Assembly: GCA_963709585.1 (NCBI GenBank)
Contig: CAVPXI010000006.1
Span: 224,001-288,000 of the forward strand
Origin: Candidatus Dormiibacterota bacterium
Lineage (GTDB): Bacteria > Chloroflexota > Dormibacteria > Aeolococcales > Aeolococcaceae
Reading direction: 5' to 3'
DNA: 64,000 nt
The translations under genes were made by a program, and so were the position numbers. The notes beneath the pieces are model-generated. The model was not told the DNA's origin and did not search any database. It was given only the letters and a program-made list of their open reading frames with translations. Positions 32,781-43,173 of this stretch are shown here, in pieces; within the stretch, counting starts at the first letter, position 1; each line of letters opens with the position of its first letter.

Positions 32781-34093
32781 GCTGACGCCGAGCCCATGCG
32801 ATATGCGCCGACCGGCGTCTCGCGACCCTTGACCAGCGCAGGTTCGATCCGTTCAGCTGCAGGCTTCTCCGTGAGCGCGTCATACGTCGGCTCGCTCAAC
32901 ACGGTCTGCCCGCCGTCGCCCCACTGCTGCAGCCGCTGCGCAAGGTTCACCGCATCGCCGACCAGTGAATACTCGAGGCGCTCCTCCGAGCCGAGTAGAG
33001 CCGCGGCGACATCGCCGGTAGAGAGACCGATACCAAGGTAAAACGGCGGCAGGCCCTCAGCCGACCACGCTTCGTTCACCCGGTTCTGCGCGTCGTGCAT
33101 CGCAAGTGCCGCAGCCACTGAGCGCTCCGCGTGGTCCAGCTGCGGAAGCGGCGCGCCGAACACCGCCATCACCGCGTCACCCACAAACTGCATCACCGTT
33201 CCGCCCTGGGCGAGCACCGCGTGATTCATCGCTGCGCGATGCTGGTTGAGCTGGCCTGCAAGGACCGACGGATCCGACTTCTCGGCGATCGTGGAGTACG
33301 CGCGGATGTCGGACATCAACACCGTCACCGTGAGCCGCTCGGTTCTTCCCGGCTCGACGCCGCGCTCGCGCATCTGCTGGGCGATACCGCCCGGCAGCAT
33401 CCGGCTCAGGCTCTCCCCCTGTTCCTCGCGATCGATGATCACCTTGTGCAGGAGACGCAGCCGCTCGAGCGCGCCCTGGGTCCCCGCACTCGCCTGCTGC
33501 GCGAGCTTGAGGAAGAGTTGCTCGACGTCGTCGGCGACGGCTGTGGGCGTCGAGTGCAGCGACGCGGCGATCGCCTTGATCGGTTTGCCCTCGGCAACCA
33601 TGCGGAGCAGGCGTTCCTCGACCTCTGTCAAGCCACCCGCGTCGCTCACCGGCCTGGTGAGCGCGTCGACGATGCGGGGGTCGAGCATCGATCCCCCGGT
33701 GCTGACCTCACGGACGGCTCGAGCCAGTTGATCGCCCTCCGCAACCCGATCCTTGAGCAGGTACGCGTACCCAGCGGCTCCCTCACTGAGCAGTGAGATC
33801 GCGTACTCGGGTTCGTCGTACTGGGAAAGGATCACGATCCCCGTCCCCGGATGCTGCTTGCGGACGATCCGGGCGGCGCGAATCCCTTCGTCTGTGAAGT
33901 CGGGGGGCATGCGGATATCGGTCACCACCACCTGGGGCAGGTGCTCGGCCGCTCCGGCCAGGAGCTCGTTGTAGTCACCCGCCACGCCGACGACCTCAAC
34001 GTCTCCCGATATGGCGAGCAGCGCGCGCACGCCTTCGCGGACGATCAGGTTGTCGTCGGCGAGCACCACGCGAATCGACTGCTCCAACGCCAT
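32777..34093 (-). CDS. Receiver-(HTH-like)-class III nucleotide cyclase fusion
   Basis: LADD, TDIRMP; SDIRAYS, QFVGDAV, GDAVNLAQRL, VKGR. Confidence 0.92.
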   Translation of the reverse strand: MALEQSIRVVLADDNLIVREGVRALLAISGDVEVVGVAGDYNELLAGAAEHLPQVVVTDIRMPPDFTDEGIRAARIVRKQHPGTGIVILSQYDEPEYAISLLSEGAAGYAYLLKDRVAEGDQLARAVREVSTGGSMLDPRIVDALTRPVSDAGGLTEVEERLLRMVAEGKPIKAIAASLHSTPTAVADDVEQLFLKLAQQASAGTQGALERLRLLHKVIIDREEQGESLSRMLPGGIAQQMRERGVEPGRTERLTVTVLMSDIRAYSTIAEKSDPSVLAGQLNQHRAAMNHAVLAQGGTVMQFVGDAVMAVFGAPLPQLDHAERSVAAALAMHDAQNRVNEAWSAEGLPPFYLGIGLSTGDVAAALLGSEERLEYSLVGDAVNLAQRLQQWGDGGQTVLSEPTYDALTEKPAAERIEPALVKGRETPVGAYRMGSASA

Positions 34094-34150
34094 CGCTCAA
34101 CTGTAGGCAGCGCGGCGCACATTGAAATGGGGCTGCCACCACGTTCTGAG

Positions 34151-34169
34151 GGGGGTGACCATCACCCCC
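34151..34169. promoter_or_regulatory. Palindrome in a divergent promoter region
   Basis: GGGGGTGA-CCA-TCACCCCC. Confidence 0.45.
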
Positions 34170-34237
34170 GACTGTGGTCCGGACACCCTCGACCACCGGC
34201 GTCGGGAGCGCGATGATCCGCGCCACGGAGGTACGTC

Positions 34238-35240
34238 ATGCGCATCGAATCGTCGGTCACATCAATCTCGTGGATTCCATCCGAGGCCGTCCAGGGGGTC
34301 ACCAAGGTCCCGTTCGAGATGGGCCTGGCGCACTACGATGACCCGCCGCCGGATCACGTCGATTCGCTCGCGGCGCTCCAGGAGGCTGATCGGTTTCGGT
34401 TCGCCAATCATCTGAGCGCGTGGATCGAGGTCGACGGGGGCCGGATCGTCGACCGCGGTCAGGCGGGCGGTGGGCAGATCGGCTCGACGACCATCAGCCT
34501 GGGAGGGCGCGGCATGACCTTCGCGGCGGTGGCGTTCCCGGACAAGCGCCCGGTACCCGTCGCCGGCGACGGTTGGGTTCGGTTCACCCAGACCGCCGGC
34601 GGACGCACCGGGGTCCCGGCGCCTCGCAAGGTCAATCGACCCCCGTTCATCCAGCTCGCGGCACCGCTCGCGTGGACGAGCCTGACGCTGACGCTCTTCT
34701 CCGACGGGAGGTCGCTGCACGAGCTCATCGGCGCCAGCCCGTTCCCGCGCCACTGGGTCTACGACCACGATCGGAATCTCGCTCAGAAATCGGGCTTGGT
34801 GGACTTCAAGCGCTGGTATCAGCACGCATTCGGGTCGCACACGCCCTGGGGCGACGAGGATTCGCCGGCGCTGGTCACCGAGGTCGAGACGGCGTTGGAG
34901 CGGGAACTCTCACAGCGCATCATGCGCAGGGGCCTGAAACCTCGCGTCCACAAGATCAAGGCGGGCGCGACCCTCGTGGAGCAGGGCGATGAGGGGCGCG
35001 ATATGTACGTGCTGCTCGACGGCGTGCTCACGGTCGAGGTTGACGGCGAGTCCGTGGCGCAGATCGGACCGGGCGCGGTGATGGGCGAGCGGGCGCTGCT
35101 CGAGGGTCGGCCGGCGAACCGCCACCCTCCGCGCGGTCACGCCGTCGAAGGTCGCCGCGGCGTCAGGCGCGGAGCTGTCCCCCGAAATGCTCAGCGAGCT
35201 GGCTGCCGGGCATCGCCGGGAAGGGGCGCAGCCTGGCTGA
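34238..35240 (+). CDS. Unknown N-terminal domain + C-terminal cNMP-binding domain; apparent +1 frameshift at about 35106
   Basis: GGAGG RBS; LVEQG...GPGAVMGERALLE then RRTATLRAVT in the shifted frame, TGA at 35238-35240. Confidence 0.82.
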
Positions 35241-36036
35241 TCGCCGCACGAACTCGATCGAGGGTGACCTCCGGCGGCAGGGTGGCGAGCTCCACCCGCC
35301 GGCCGCTGAGCAGCCAGTCGATCTCGGCGCCGTCCAAGAGCATGCTGAGGTCGCGGGGAAGGCGCGCCGGGGCACCCTCGATGACCTGATGCGAAGCCCC
35401 GGCGACCTCTCGAGGGCGCAGTCCGCCATCCACGACGTCAACACCCGAATCGCGGAGATCCTGGACGAGCGCCACGCCACGCGGCGACGCGTCGTGGAGT
35501 ACGACGACCCGGGTGCCGGGTCCGGGCATCTCGTCCTGGCTCGCAGGGATCACCCTGACGGAGCCAAGCTCCGCTCGCTCGGCGTTCGCGGCGATCATCG
35601 CCGCGGTGTCCGGCGTGTCGCTGACGATCGTGACCGGCGCTGCGGCGCTCTGCGCCGGGGCGGCACCGGTGTCGGGCGAGATCAAGCCTTCCAGCCGCAG
35701 GGGTCCGAAGCGGCTGCGGAATTCGTCAAATGAGACGGCGAGAAGCCGCCCGGTCAAGTTCGGGCGGCGTATCCGCCCGAGGATTCCCGCAAGCACGAGC
35801 GCCACTCCGAGGGTCACGAACAGCGCGAAGACGACTTTGACGGCGATGAAGGTCAACCCCACCAGGATCATCAGCACTCCGAGGCCCATCTCGCCGTTGG
35901 ATGCCGCGTCCGAGGATCCGGTTTCGGCGCGGGCGCACGTGGCGTAGTACAGCTGCCGCTGCGTGTATCGCCAACCACCGGCAGCAAGCCCGGCCGCCAA
36001 GTCCTCGACGAGCGACGTGGTCACCGGAAGCGCCAT
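35191..36036 (-). CDS. Membrane protein with Topo VI-A/Spo11-like motifs
   Basis: YTQRQLYY, two TM segments, VVVLHDASPRG, RVELATL. Confidence 0.6.
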   Translation of the reverse strand: MALPVTTSLVEDLAAGLAAGGWRYTQRQLYYATCARAETGSSDAASNGEMGLGVLMILVGLTFIAVKVVFALFVTLGVALVLAGILGRIRRPNLTGRLLAVSFDEFRSRFGPLRLEGLISPDTGAAPAQSAAAPVTIVSDTPDTAAMIAANAERAELGSVRVIPASQDEMPGPGTRVVVLHDASPRGVALVQDLRDSGVDVVDGGLRPREVAGASHQVIEGAPARLPRDLSMLLDGAEIDWLLSGRRVELATLPPEVTLDRVRAAISQAAPLPGDARQPAR

Positions 36037-36112
36037 CGCGCGGAGTGTGGCACAGGTTCCGGACGCCTGCGGACGAGTTCGCGGGCTCGCGACACAGCGA
36101 TATGCTGCGGCC

Positions 36113-37822
36113 ATGGCCACCGAGCGGGATGATGCCGCGCCCATCACGGTGGAGGAAGGAGAACCGGACTTCATCGAGGCATTCCTCGACTGGCAGGACA
36201 AGGTTCTCGAGCCGGCTCGGACGCGCGGCGAGCGAAAGGACCGCTTCGAGACCGGGAGCGGCATCCCGGTGACCCCGCTCTACACCGAAGCCGACCTCAC
36301 GAGCCACGATCCACTTCGCGACGAGGGCTTTCCGGGAGTGCCGCCGTTCACGCGCGGCATTCAGCCGACGATGTATCGAGGTCGCCTCTGGAGCATTCGC
36401 CAGTACGCGGGCTACGGGACCGCCGGAGACGCCAACGCGCGGTTCCGCTACCTGCTCGCCCAGGGCCAATCCGGATTGTCCGTGGCGTTCGACCTCCCGA
36501 CCCAGATGGGGCTGGACAGCGACGATCCCCGCAGCCTGGGCGAGGTGGGGCAGGTCGGCGTCGCCATCAACTCGGTGCGCGACATGGAGGATCTCTTCGA
36601 AGGCATTCCGCTCAGCGCGGTGAGCACCTCGATGACGATCAACGCACCGGCGCCGGTGCTCGTGGCGATGTATGTCGTCGCCGCCGAGCGCCAGGGCCTC
36701 GACGCGGCCGCGGTCATGGGGACCGTCCAGAACGACGTGCTCAAGGAGTACATCGCCCGGGGCACCTTCATCTATCCGCCTCGGCCCTCACTGCGACTGG
36801 CGGCTGATCTGATCGTCTGGTGCACCCAGAGCGCACCGAAGTTCAACCCGATCTCGCTTTCCGGCTACCACATCCGCGAAGCGGGAAGCACCGCCGCGCA
36901 GGAGATGGCGTTCGCCCTGGCAAATGCGTGCGCCTACGTGCAGGCGTCGGTCGATCGCGGTGCCCGTGTTGACGACTTCGCGCCCAAGCTCTCCTGGATC
37001 TTCAACACTCACATCGACTTTTTCGAGGAGATCGCAAAGTACCGAGCGCTGCGGCGGATGTGGTCGCGGATCATGGCCGAGCGCTTCGGCGCACGTGACC
37101 CTCGCTCCCTGATGCTCCGAACCCACACGCAGACCGGTGGTTCGACGCTGACCGCGCAGCAGCCGGAGAACAACATCGTGCGCGCCGCCATCGAGGCACT
37201 CGCCGCGGTGCTCGGCGGCGTCCAGTCTCTCGCGCTGTCCTGTTACGACGAGGCGCTCTCGATTCCGACCGAGAAGGCGCAGCGCATCGCGGTGCGGACG
37301 CAGCAGATCATCGCCGAGGAGACCGCGGTCACCAACACCGTCGACCCGTTGGGCGGCTCGTACTACGTCGAGTGGCTCACCGACGAGCTCGAACGCGAGG
37401 CGCTCCGGCTCCTCGACGAGGTCGACAGCCTCGGCGGCGCCGTGGCGTGCATCGAGTCCGGCTGGATGCAACAGCACATCCAGGACGAGGCATACCGCAC
37501 CGAGCGGGCGATCGCCGCCGGCGAAAAGGTGATCGTCGGCGTCAACCGCTACACGGAGACCGAGGAAGGCGGGGCGCCACTGCTCTTCCGGCCCGACGAA
37601 CGGGCGATGGCCGAACAGGCTGCGCGCCTGGCCCGGCATCGCGCCCAGCGCCATCCGGCAGCCGTCGAAGCGGCGCTCGGTGCGGTCAAGCGGGCGGCCA
37701 CCTCCGACGACGCGCTGATGCCACGCATCCTCGACGCGGTGCGAGCGGAGGCGACCCTCGGGGAGATCTGCGGCACCCTCAGATCCGTGTTCGGCGACTA
37801 TCAGCCGCCGGCCACGATCTGA
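36113..37822 (+). CDS. Methylmalonyl-CoA mutase substrate-binding subunit (B12-binding domain absent)
   Basis: PFTRG, RQYAGY, AFDLPTQ, QNDVLKEY, GYHIREAG, DPLGGSYYVE. Confidence 0.95.
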   Translation: MATERDDAAPITVEEGEPDFIEAFLDWQDKVLEPARTRGERKDRFETGSGIPVTPLYTEADLTSHDPLRDEGFPGVPPFTRGIQPTMYRGRLWSIRQYAGYGTAGDANARFRYLLAQGQSGLSVAFDLPTQMGLDSDDPRSLGEVGQVGVAINSVRDMEDLFEGIPLSAVSTSMTINAPAPVLVAMYVVAAERQGLDAAAVMGTVQNDVLKEYIARGTFIYPPRPSLRLAADLIVWCTQSAPKFNPISLSGYHIREAGSTAAQEMAFALANACAYVQASVDRGARVDDFAPKLSWIFNTHIDFFEEIAKYRALRRMWSRIMAERFGARDPRSLMLRTHTQTGGSTLTAQQPENNIVRAAIEALAAVLGGVQSLALSCYDEALSIPTEKAQRIAVRTQQIIAEETAVTNTVDPLGGSYYVEWLTDELEREALRLLDEVDSLGGAVACIESGWMQQHIQDEAYRTERAIAAGEKVIVGVNRYTETEEGGAPLLFRPDERAMAEQAARLARHRAQRHPAAVEAALGAVKRAATSDDALMPRILDAVRAEATLGEICGTLRSVFGDYQPPATI

Positions 37823-37830
37823 AGCGAGGC

Positions 37831-38322
37831 GTGCTCGCTTCCCTCCGCCGTTGGTTCAGAGCCAACCCCCGAACAGTCTTCCTGGTTGTGGTGGGCGTGG
37901 TCATCCTCGGTCTCTTCCTTGGAGTCATCACCCCACTGTTTGCGACATCAGGGCGCGCCACAGCGGACCTGAGCGGGACGCTGCCGAGCATGGCGACCGC
38001 CGGCAAGCAACTCGAGATCGATGTGTCCATCGACAACACCGGCAACTCGGTCATCGGCCAGGTCTGCGTCGGAGCGCTCGTGCAGGGGCCGCTGACCCCG
38101 GTTGACGCCATCTTCCAGAACGTCGACAAGGAGCCGTTCATCGACGATCTCGGGACGTGGAAGGCGTGTGGCGGTGAGTTGACCAGCCAGTCGAGCGCCC
38201 CGGCGCAGCTGTTCTTCGACGCCGGATCGGCCGGTCCCGCCCAGGTGGTGCTGTCACCGATGAACGGCAAGCAGGTGATCGGCCAGGCGCTGACCGGGTC
38301 GCTGTCCGTACATAACCCCTGA
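37831..38322 (+). CDS. Hypothetical single-TM extracytoplasmic protein
   Basis: GTG after GAGG; N-terminal TM, beta-rich body with two Cys. Confidence 0.6.
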   Translation: MLASLRRWFRANPRTVFLVVVGVVILGLFLGVITPLFATSGRATADLSGTLPSMATAGKQLEIDVSIDNTGNSVIGQVCVGALVQGPLTPVDAIFQNVDKEPFIDDLGTWKACGGELTSQSSAPAQLFFDAGSAGPAQVVLSPMNGKQVIGQALTGSLSVHNP

Positions 38323-38401
38323 TCTCTGAGGAACCGGACACAAGGCTGTCACGCCCATCTCCCGCGGTACGGCTCCATCTACGCTCTCCATCGAGAGGGT
38401 T

Positions 38402-40714
38402 ATGCATAACGAGAGCGCCGCGCGGCGCTGGCTGCCGATCTTCGCGACCGCAGTGCTGCTCGGGATCACCAGCTGGCAGCTGGTCGGCTCCACACTGCAG
38501 ACGCGCATGATGCTCGTGGAGATCGAGATCGTGGTCGTCGGGGCCGTCATGCTCGAGATCCCGATTCGCTTACGTCGCACGGCACGCGTCAGCCCGTCGA
38601 TCGCGACGCTGGTGCAGGGGCTTACCAGCGTCGGGTTGTGCACCCTGGTTCTGGGGTTCTCGGCTCCGCACTATCCGCTGCCGCTCATCGTGCTCGGATT
38701 TGTCGGCGTGCTGCTGACGGTCGATCCCTCAGCCCGCCCGGTGGCGCTCTGGATCATCCTCATGGCGTCATGCGCAGGCATGGCCGCGGTCTGGTGGTGG
38801 GCGAACTTGTTTCCGATATACGGGGTCAACCAGCTGCTCCAGGTCGATGCGCTGATGGTCGGCGTCGTGGTGCTGGCGTACTCCAACTGGTCGTTGACCG
38901 ATCGCCATTACCAGGCGCAGACGCGACGGCTGCGCGCCGTCGCAGACGTGGCTCGGCGACTGGGGCTCACCACCGACTCGAGCGAGGTCGCGGCCGCGGT
39001 GCTCGGGGGCTGCCACGAGACCTACCCGGACGCGACCTGGGGGCGGGTCCTGCTCTACGAGGCAGGCTCCGACGGTCTCGCGACGCTCCCGCTGATCCTC
39101 GGCCCGGCCGGCGTGTCGCCGGCGGCGGGGCCGATCGTTGTCATGGCGCCCGGCGACGGGGTGATCGGCCGCGTGTACTCGACGGGCGAGGCCTGCCTGC
39201 TCCGGACGCCGCGCGAGATCAAGCAGGCCTACGCGTCGATGCCGGATTCACACCTCGACGAGCTCGAGAGTCTCGGTGGCGGGCGACGCTCGAGACGCGT
39301 CGTCGCCGCGCCGTTGCGGGCCACGGGCGGACGCGTGATCGGGGTTCTGGTGCTCATCTCACATGCGCGCCGGGGCGCCTGGGACGCCCACGACCTGACC
39401 GTCGTGCAGGCGATCGCCGACGAGGCCGCGGTGGCGGTCGCGCGAGCCGGCCTCTTCGAGGAGCGCGCGTTGCACGCCACCACCGATCCGCTGACCAAGG
39501 TCGGCAACCGGCGCGCGTTCGATGAGCGCCTCGGCGAGATGACCGGCGCGAGCGCGGTGATCGCCATCGACGTCGACCACCTCAAGCCGATCAACGACGA
39601 GTTCGGCCATGAGGCCGGCGACATGCTGCTCATCGAGGTGGCGCGCACGTTGCGGGCGTTGCTCCGGGTCGGCGACCAGTTGCTGCGTATCGGCGGCGAC
39701 GAGTTTGTGTCAATCATGGATGCAACTACCGAAGCCGAGGCGGTCGCGATCGCCGAGCGGATGCGCGTCTCGCTGCACGGGGTCGCGTTGCCGCACGGCA
39801 AGGCACGGATCAGCGCAGGTGTCGCCGCCGGCGGTGGCGGTGTGCACGCCCTGTGGCTGGCCGCCGACGAGGCCCTGTCGACGGCGAAGAAGGACGGTCG
39901 CGATCGGGTCGTCGTCGCCGGCGACCGGTCGCTGCCCAGCCTCGTGCGCGGCGGCGGGGACGCCGGCGCGATGCTGGACGCCATCCTGAGCAAGCGGCGC
40001 GTCATCCAGGCGGTGTTCCAGCCGATCGTGCTGTTGAACGATCACCAGGTGATCGGATGGGAGGCGCTCGCGCGTGTTCCCGGCCTCCGGGATCCGGGCG
40101 ACGGCGTCGAGGACGTGTTCGCCCTGGCGCACCGCCGCGGCGTCACCAAGGAGATCGACTGGATCTGCAGGCGGATCGGAATGGCCGCGGCGTCCGGGTT
40201 GCCGGACTTGGATCCACTCTTCCTCAATGTCTCGGCGGCGATGCTTCTCGATCCGCTTCACCCGGTCGATCACATGCTGCTGCTCGCCCGGTGGGCGGAG
40301 CGCGACCCCGAGACCATCGTTCTCGAGATCACCGAGCGCGAATCGATCGCCGATCAGCAACGCCTCCGGTTTGTCCTCGCCAGTTATCGCGAGCACGGCT
40401 TCAAGTTCGCGCTCGACGACATCGGCGAGGGCCACTCCACGCTCGAGCTGCTCGCAGCTGCCGTCCCAGAGTTCTTGAAGGTCGCCAAGAGCATCACCCA
40501 GGGCTGCGTCGAGCGCGGACCCCGCGCGGTCATCGAGGCAACCGTCGCCTACGCTCGGAGCTCGGGGTCGACGGTCATCGCCGAGGGCATCGAGGACGAG
40601 GCGACCGCCGACCGTCTCGCCGCACTTGGGGTCTCCGCCGGTCAGGGCTACTGGCTCGGCCGCCCGCGAGAGATGGAGCTCGATCCCGAAGCGCGCGGCG
40701 AGGCAACGGCCTGA
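38402..40714 (+). CDS. Membrane GAF-GGDEF-EAL c-di-GMP protein
   Basis: About 5 TM; DPLT...NRR, GGDEF, EAL, DDIGEG, EGIE, GQGY. Confidence 0.93.
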   Translation: MHNESAARRWLPIFATAVLLGITSWQLVGSTLQTRMMLVEIEIVVVGAVMLEIPIRLRRTARVSPSIATLVQGLTSVGLCTLVLGFSAPHYPLPLIVLGFVGVLLTVDPSARPVALWIILMASCAGMAAVWWWANLFPIYGVNQLLQVDALMVGVVVLAYSNWSLTDRHYQAQTRRLRAVADVARRLGLTTDSSEVAAAVLGGCHETYPDATWGRVLLYEAGSDGLATLPLILGPAGVSPAAGPIVVMAPGDGVIGRVYSTGEACLLRTPREIKQAYASMPDSHLDELESLGGGRRSRRVVAAPLRATGGRVIGVLVLISHARRGAWDAHDLTVVQAIADEAAVAVARAGLFEERALHATTDPLTKVGNRRAFDERLGEMTGASAVIAIDVDHLKPINDEFGHEAGDMLLIEVARTLRALLRVGDQLLRIGGDEFVSIMDATTEAEAVAIAERMRVSLHGVALPHGKARISAGVAAGGGGVHALWLAADEALSTAKKDGRDRVVVAGDRSLPSLVRGGGDAGAMLDAILSKRRVIQAVFQPIVLLNDHQVIGWEALARVPGLRDPGDGVEDVFALAHRRGVTKEIDWICRRIGMAAASGLPDLDPLFLNVSAAMLLDPLHPVDHMLLLARWAERDPETIVLEITERESIADQQRLRFVLASYREHGFKFALDDIGEGHSTLELLAAAVPEFLKVAKSITQGCVERGPRAVIEATVAYARSSGSTVIAEGIEDEATADRLAALGVSAGQGYWLGRPREMELDPEARGEATA

Positions 40715-40728
40715 GCGCGAACCCGCGC

Positions 40729-42030
40729 CTACTCGCTGGGCGCTGAAGCCAGATCCCAGGTCGAGCCGGCCGGGGTGTCGTGCACCTCGACCCCCGCATC
40801 GACCAGCACATCGCGAAGCCTGTCGGCGAGCGCGTACTCTCCCGCACCTCGCATCTGCACGCGCAGGTCGAGGATCCGGTCGACGACCGGACCGATGAGG
40901 TCGCGGGGATCGGCCGTGCCGTTGCGGACAAGGTCGCCCAGGCGCACCACGTACCGCCGCAGGGTTTCACGCGCCCGGTCCTGCTCATCGGAGTCCAGGG
41001 TGTCGGCGGCCCAGTCGTGGATCTGCGAGTTGATCGCCAGCACGGCGCCGACGGCGCCGTCGACATCGCGCGACGCGAGTGCCGTGTCAGCGGCGTCGGA
41101 CTGCCGGGCAACCTCCTCGAGAAATGGCGACACACCTCCGGTGGGGATCGGAATCTCTCGATCCGAGCGGGTATCGGCGCCGGTGTTCGCCGGCGCGGGG
41201 TGGCCCACCGGTCCGAGCCCGGCGGCGAGGGCGCTGACCGGGACCATGGTGCCGTTCTCAAATCGTTGTGATGCACCCTTGCGGCGCCACGTCAGACCCC
41301 CCCGCCCGCGTATCGAGACCGTCCCCGCGTCGATGTCGAAGATTGCCGCCGTGTGCTCGTCGACACCCAGGACATCCACGCCCTCCGGCAGGACTTCCTC
41401 GAGGATGCGCAACCGGCGCTCGCCCATGTAGCAGTACCGGGTGTCGTGGGTCCCGCCCTCCGCATTGTTGTAGTGGGGGATGACCGCGGCGCGTAGCCCG
41501 GTGACGCCGAGCAGGTCGAGACCGTCCAGCCAGCGCGGCTCCTCGCCGACCTTGTAGATCTCGTACACCGGGAGCGAGCACACCCCGAGACCGACGGCGG
41601 CGGCACTCGCGAAGGTCACGCAGCCGCCCTCGCGCAGCTTGGTGGCAAGCAGGTCGGGCACGGCCGTGCCGAGCCACTGGCGAAGCGCGTAGCTCGGGCT
41701 CCCCGGGCCGGCGAACACGTAGTGCGCCTCGGCGATCCGGGCCAGCATGGTCTCGTACTCGAGGGCAGTGGCGTGCTCGCGATTCCGAAACGAGGCCACA
41801 CTGATCGGGAACCCGACGTGATCGCGGAAGTACGCGACGGTCCGCTCGCTGATGTCCGCGGCGTTCTCCTGGAAGCCGAACGGTGTGTCGAGCAGCACCG
41901 CGGGAACCGGTCGCGGGCCGAGGCGCGAGAGCAGGTCGGCGTGCACCGACACCATCGTCGGCGTGGTCTCGCCCGATCCCATGATGCAGAGCAGCCGCTG
42001 CAGTCGAGCAGCGCCGCCGGTGGCGTTCAT
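40729..42030 (-). CDS. Peptidase S51/cyanophycinase-like domain fused to a CysRS-like C-terminal domain
   Basis: IMGSGE, AGPGSP, FASAAA, IPHY, GVDEHT; C-terminus YALADRLRDVL..GVEVHDTPAGSTW. Confidence 0.75.
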   Translation of the reverse strand: MNATGGAARLQRLLCIMGSGETTPTMVSVHADLLSRLGPRPVPAVLLDTPFGFQENAADISERTVAYFRDHVGFPISVASFRNREHATALEYETMLARIAEAHYVFAGPGSPSYALRQWLGTAVPDLLATKLREGGCVTFASAAAVGLGVCSLPVYEIYKVGEEPRWLDGLDLLGVTGLRAAVIPHYNNAEGGTHDTRYCYMGERRLRILEEVLPEGVDVLGVDEHTAAIFDIDAGTVSIRGRGGLTWRRKGASQRFENGTMVPVSALAAGLGPVGHPAPANTGADTRSDREIPIPTGGVSPFLEEVARQSDAADTALASRDVDGAVGAVLAINSQIHDWAADTLDSDEQDRARETLRRYVVRLGDLVRNGTADPRDLIGPVVDRILDLRVQMRGAGEYALADRLRDVLVDAGVEVHDTPAGSTWDLASAPSE

Positions 42031-42077
42031 GCCTCGATCCTACGGCGTGCGGGCCGTGCAACCATGTGGCCCAAACC

Positions 42078-43158
42078 ATGGACCGGGCGGCACTCAAGGC
42101 GGCACTGGGCGACGAAGCGCGGCGGCTCGGATTCGCGGCGTGCGGCGTCACGTCGGTGCGCCCGTTCACGGAGGCGCGCACGCGGGCACTCGCCGCGATC
42201 GACGCCGGACGCATGGACGGGATGCCGTGGTACACGCGGGAAAGGGTGGAGGCATCCGCGGACATCGGCGGTCGCTATCCATGGGCGCGGTCGATCGTCG
42301 CGCTTGCCTGGCCGTACCGGCCGGCGCGGGCGCAGATCCCGCGCGACGCTGCGCCAGGGGTTGTCCGGGGTCGCTGCTCCGCCTACGCGTGCACCGAGGA
42401 AGGCGGCCGCGCCGTCGACTACCACGACCTGCTCGCGCAACGCTGCGACTCCCTGGTCGACTGGCTCCGCGAACGGATCGACGGGGTCGGCGCAAAGCGC
42501 TTCGTCGATCACGGATGGGCGCTCGACCGCGCCATCGCCGAACGAGCAGGGATCGGATTCGCCGGCAAGCACGCGTCGGTGATCACGCTCGAAGCCGGCT
42601 CGTATGTGCTCTTGGCGAGCATCGCGATATCGGTCCCGCTGCCGGCCGACTCACCCTCGCGACGCGGATGCGGGAGTTGCACCGCCTGCATCCCCTCGTG
42701 TCCCACCGGGGCGATCGTGGCGCCCGGCGTCATCGACGCCCGGCGCTGCATCTCATATCTCACCATCGAGCACCGCGGCGCGATTCCCGCCGAGCTGCGC
42801 CCGCTGATGGGAACGTGGGCATTCGGGTGCGACCTCTGCCAGGAGGCGTGCCCCATCAATCACCGGCTCGCTCCGGAACCGCTCGACGTCGAGAGCGCGA
42901 CCACGGTGCGCGGTCCGGTCGCGTATCCCGACCTGGTGGAGTGCCTCGAGCTCAGCGACGACGAGTTCAGAGCGCGCTTCCGCGCCACGGCGGTCTCGCG
43001 CACGGGACGCGCCGGTCTGGCTCGCAATTGCGCGATCGCGCTGGGGAATGCCGGTGATCGAGCGGCGCTGCCGGCACTGCGCAACAGCGCGGAGCACGAT
43101 CCGGACGCGGTCGTGCGTGAGTTCCGCTCGCTGGGGGATCGCCCAACTAAACGGCTGA
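42078..43158 (+). CDS. queG: Epoxyqueuosine reductase; apparent frameshift at about 43122
   Basis: DYH, GIGFAGK, CGSCTACIPSCPTGA, CISYLTIE, FGCDLCQEACP. Confidence 0.93.
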
Positions 43159-43173
43159 ACGCCGCCGACTCGG

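Noticed and set aside
7171-43124. Programmed frameshifting or phase variation in the cyclase, ATPase, HD, kinase and queG genes
   Set aside because: No slippery heptamers or repeat tracts at most sites. The shared GASTC context across unrelated genes favours a sequencing artefact.
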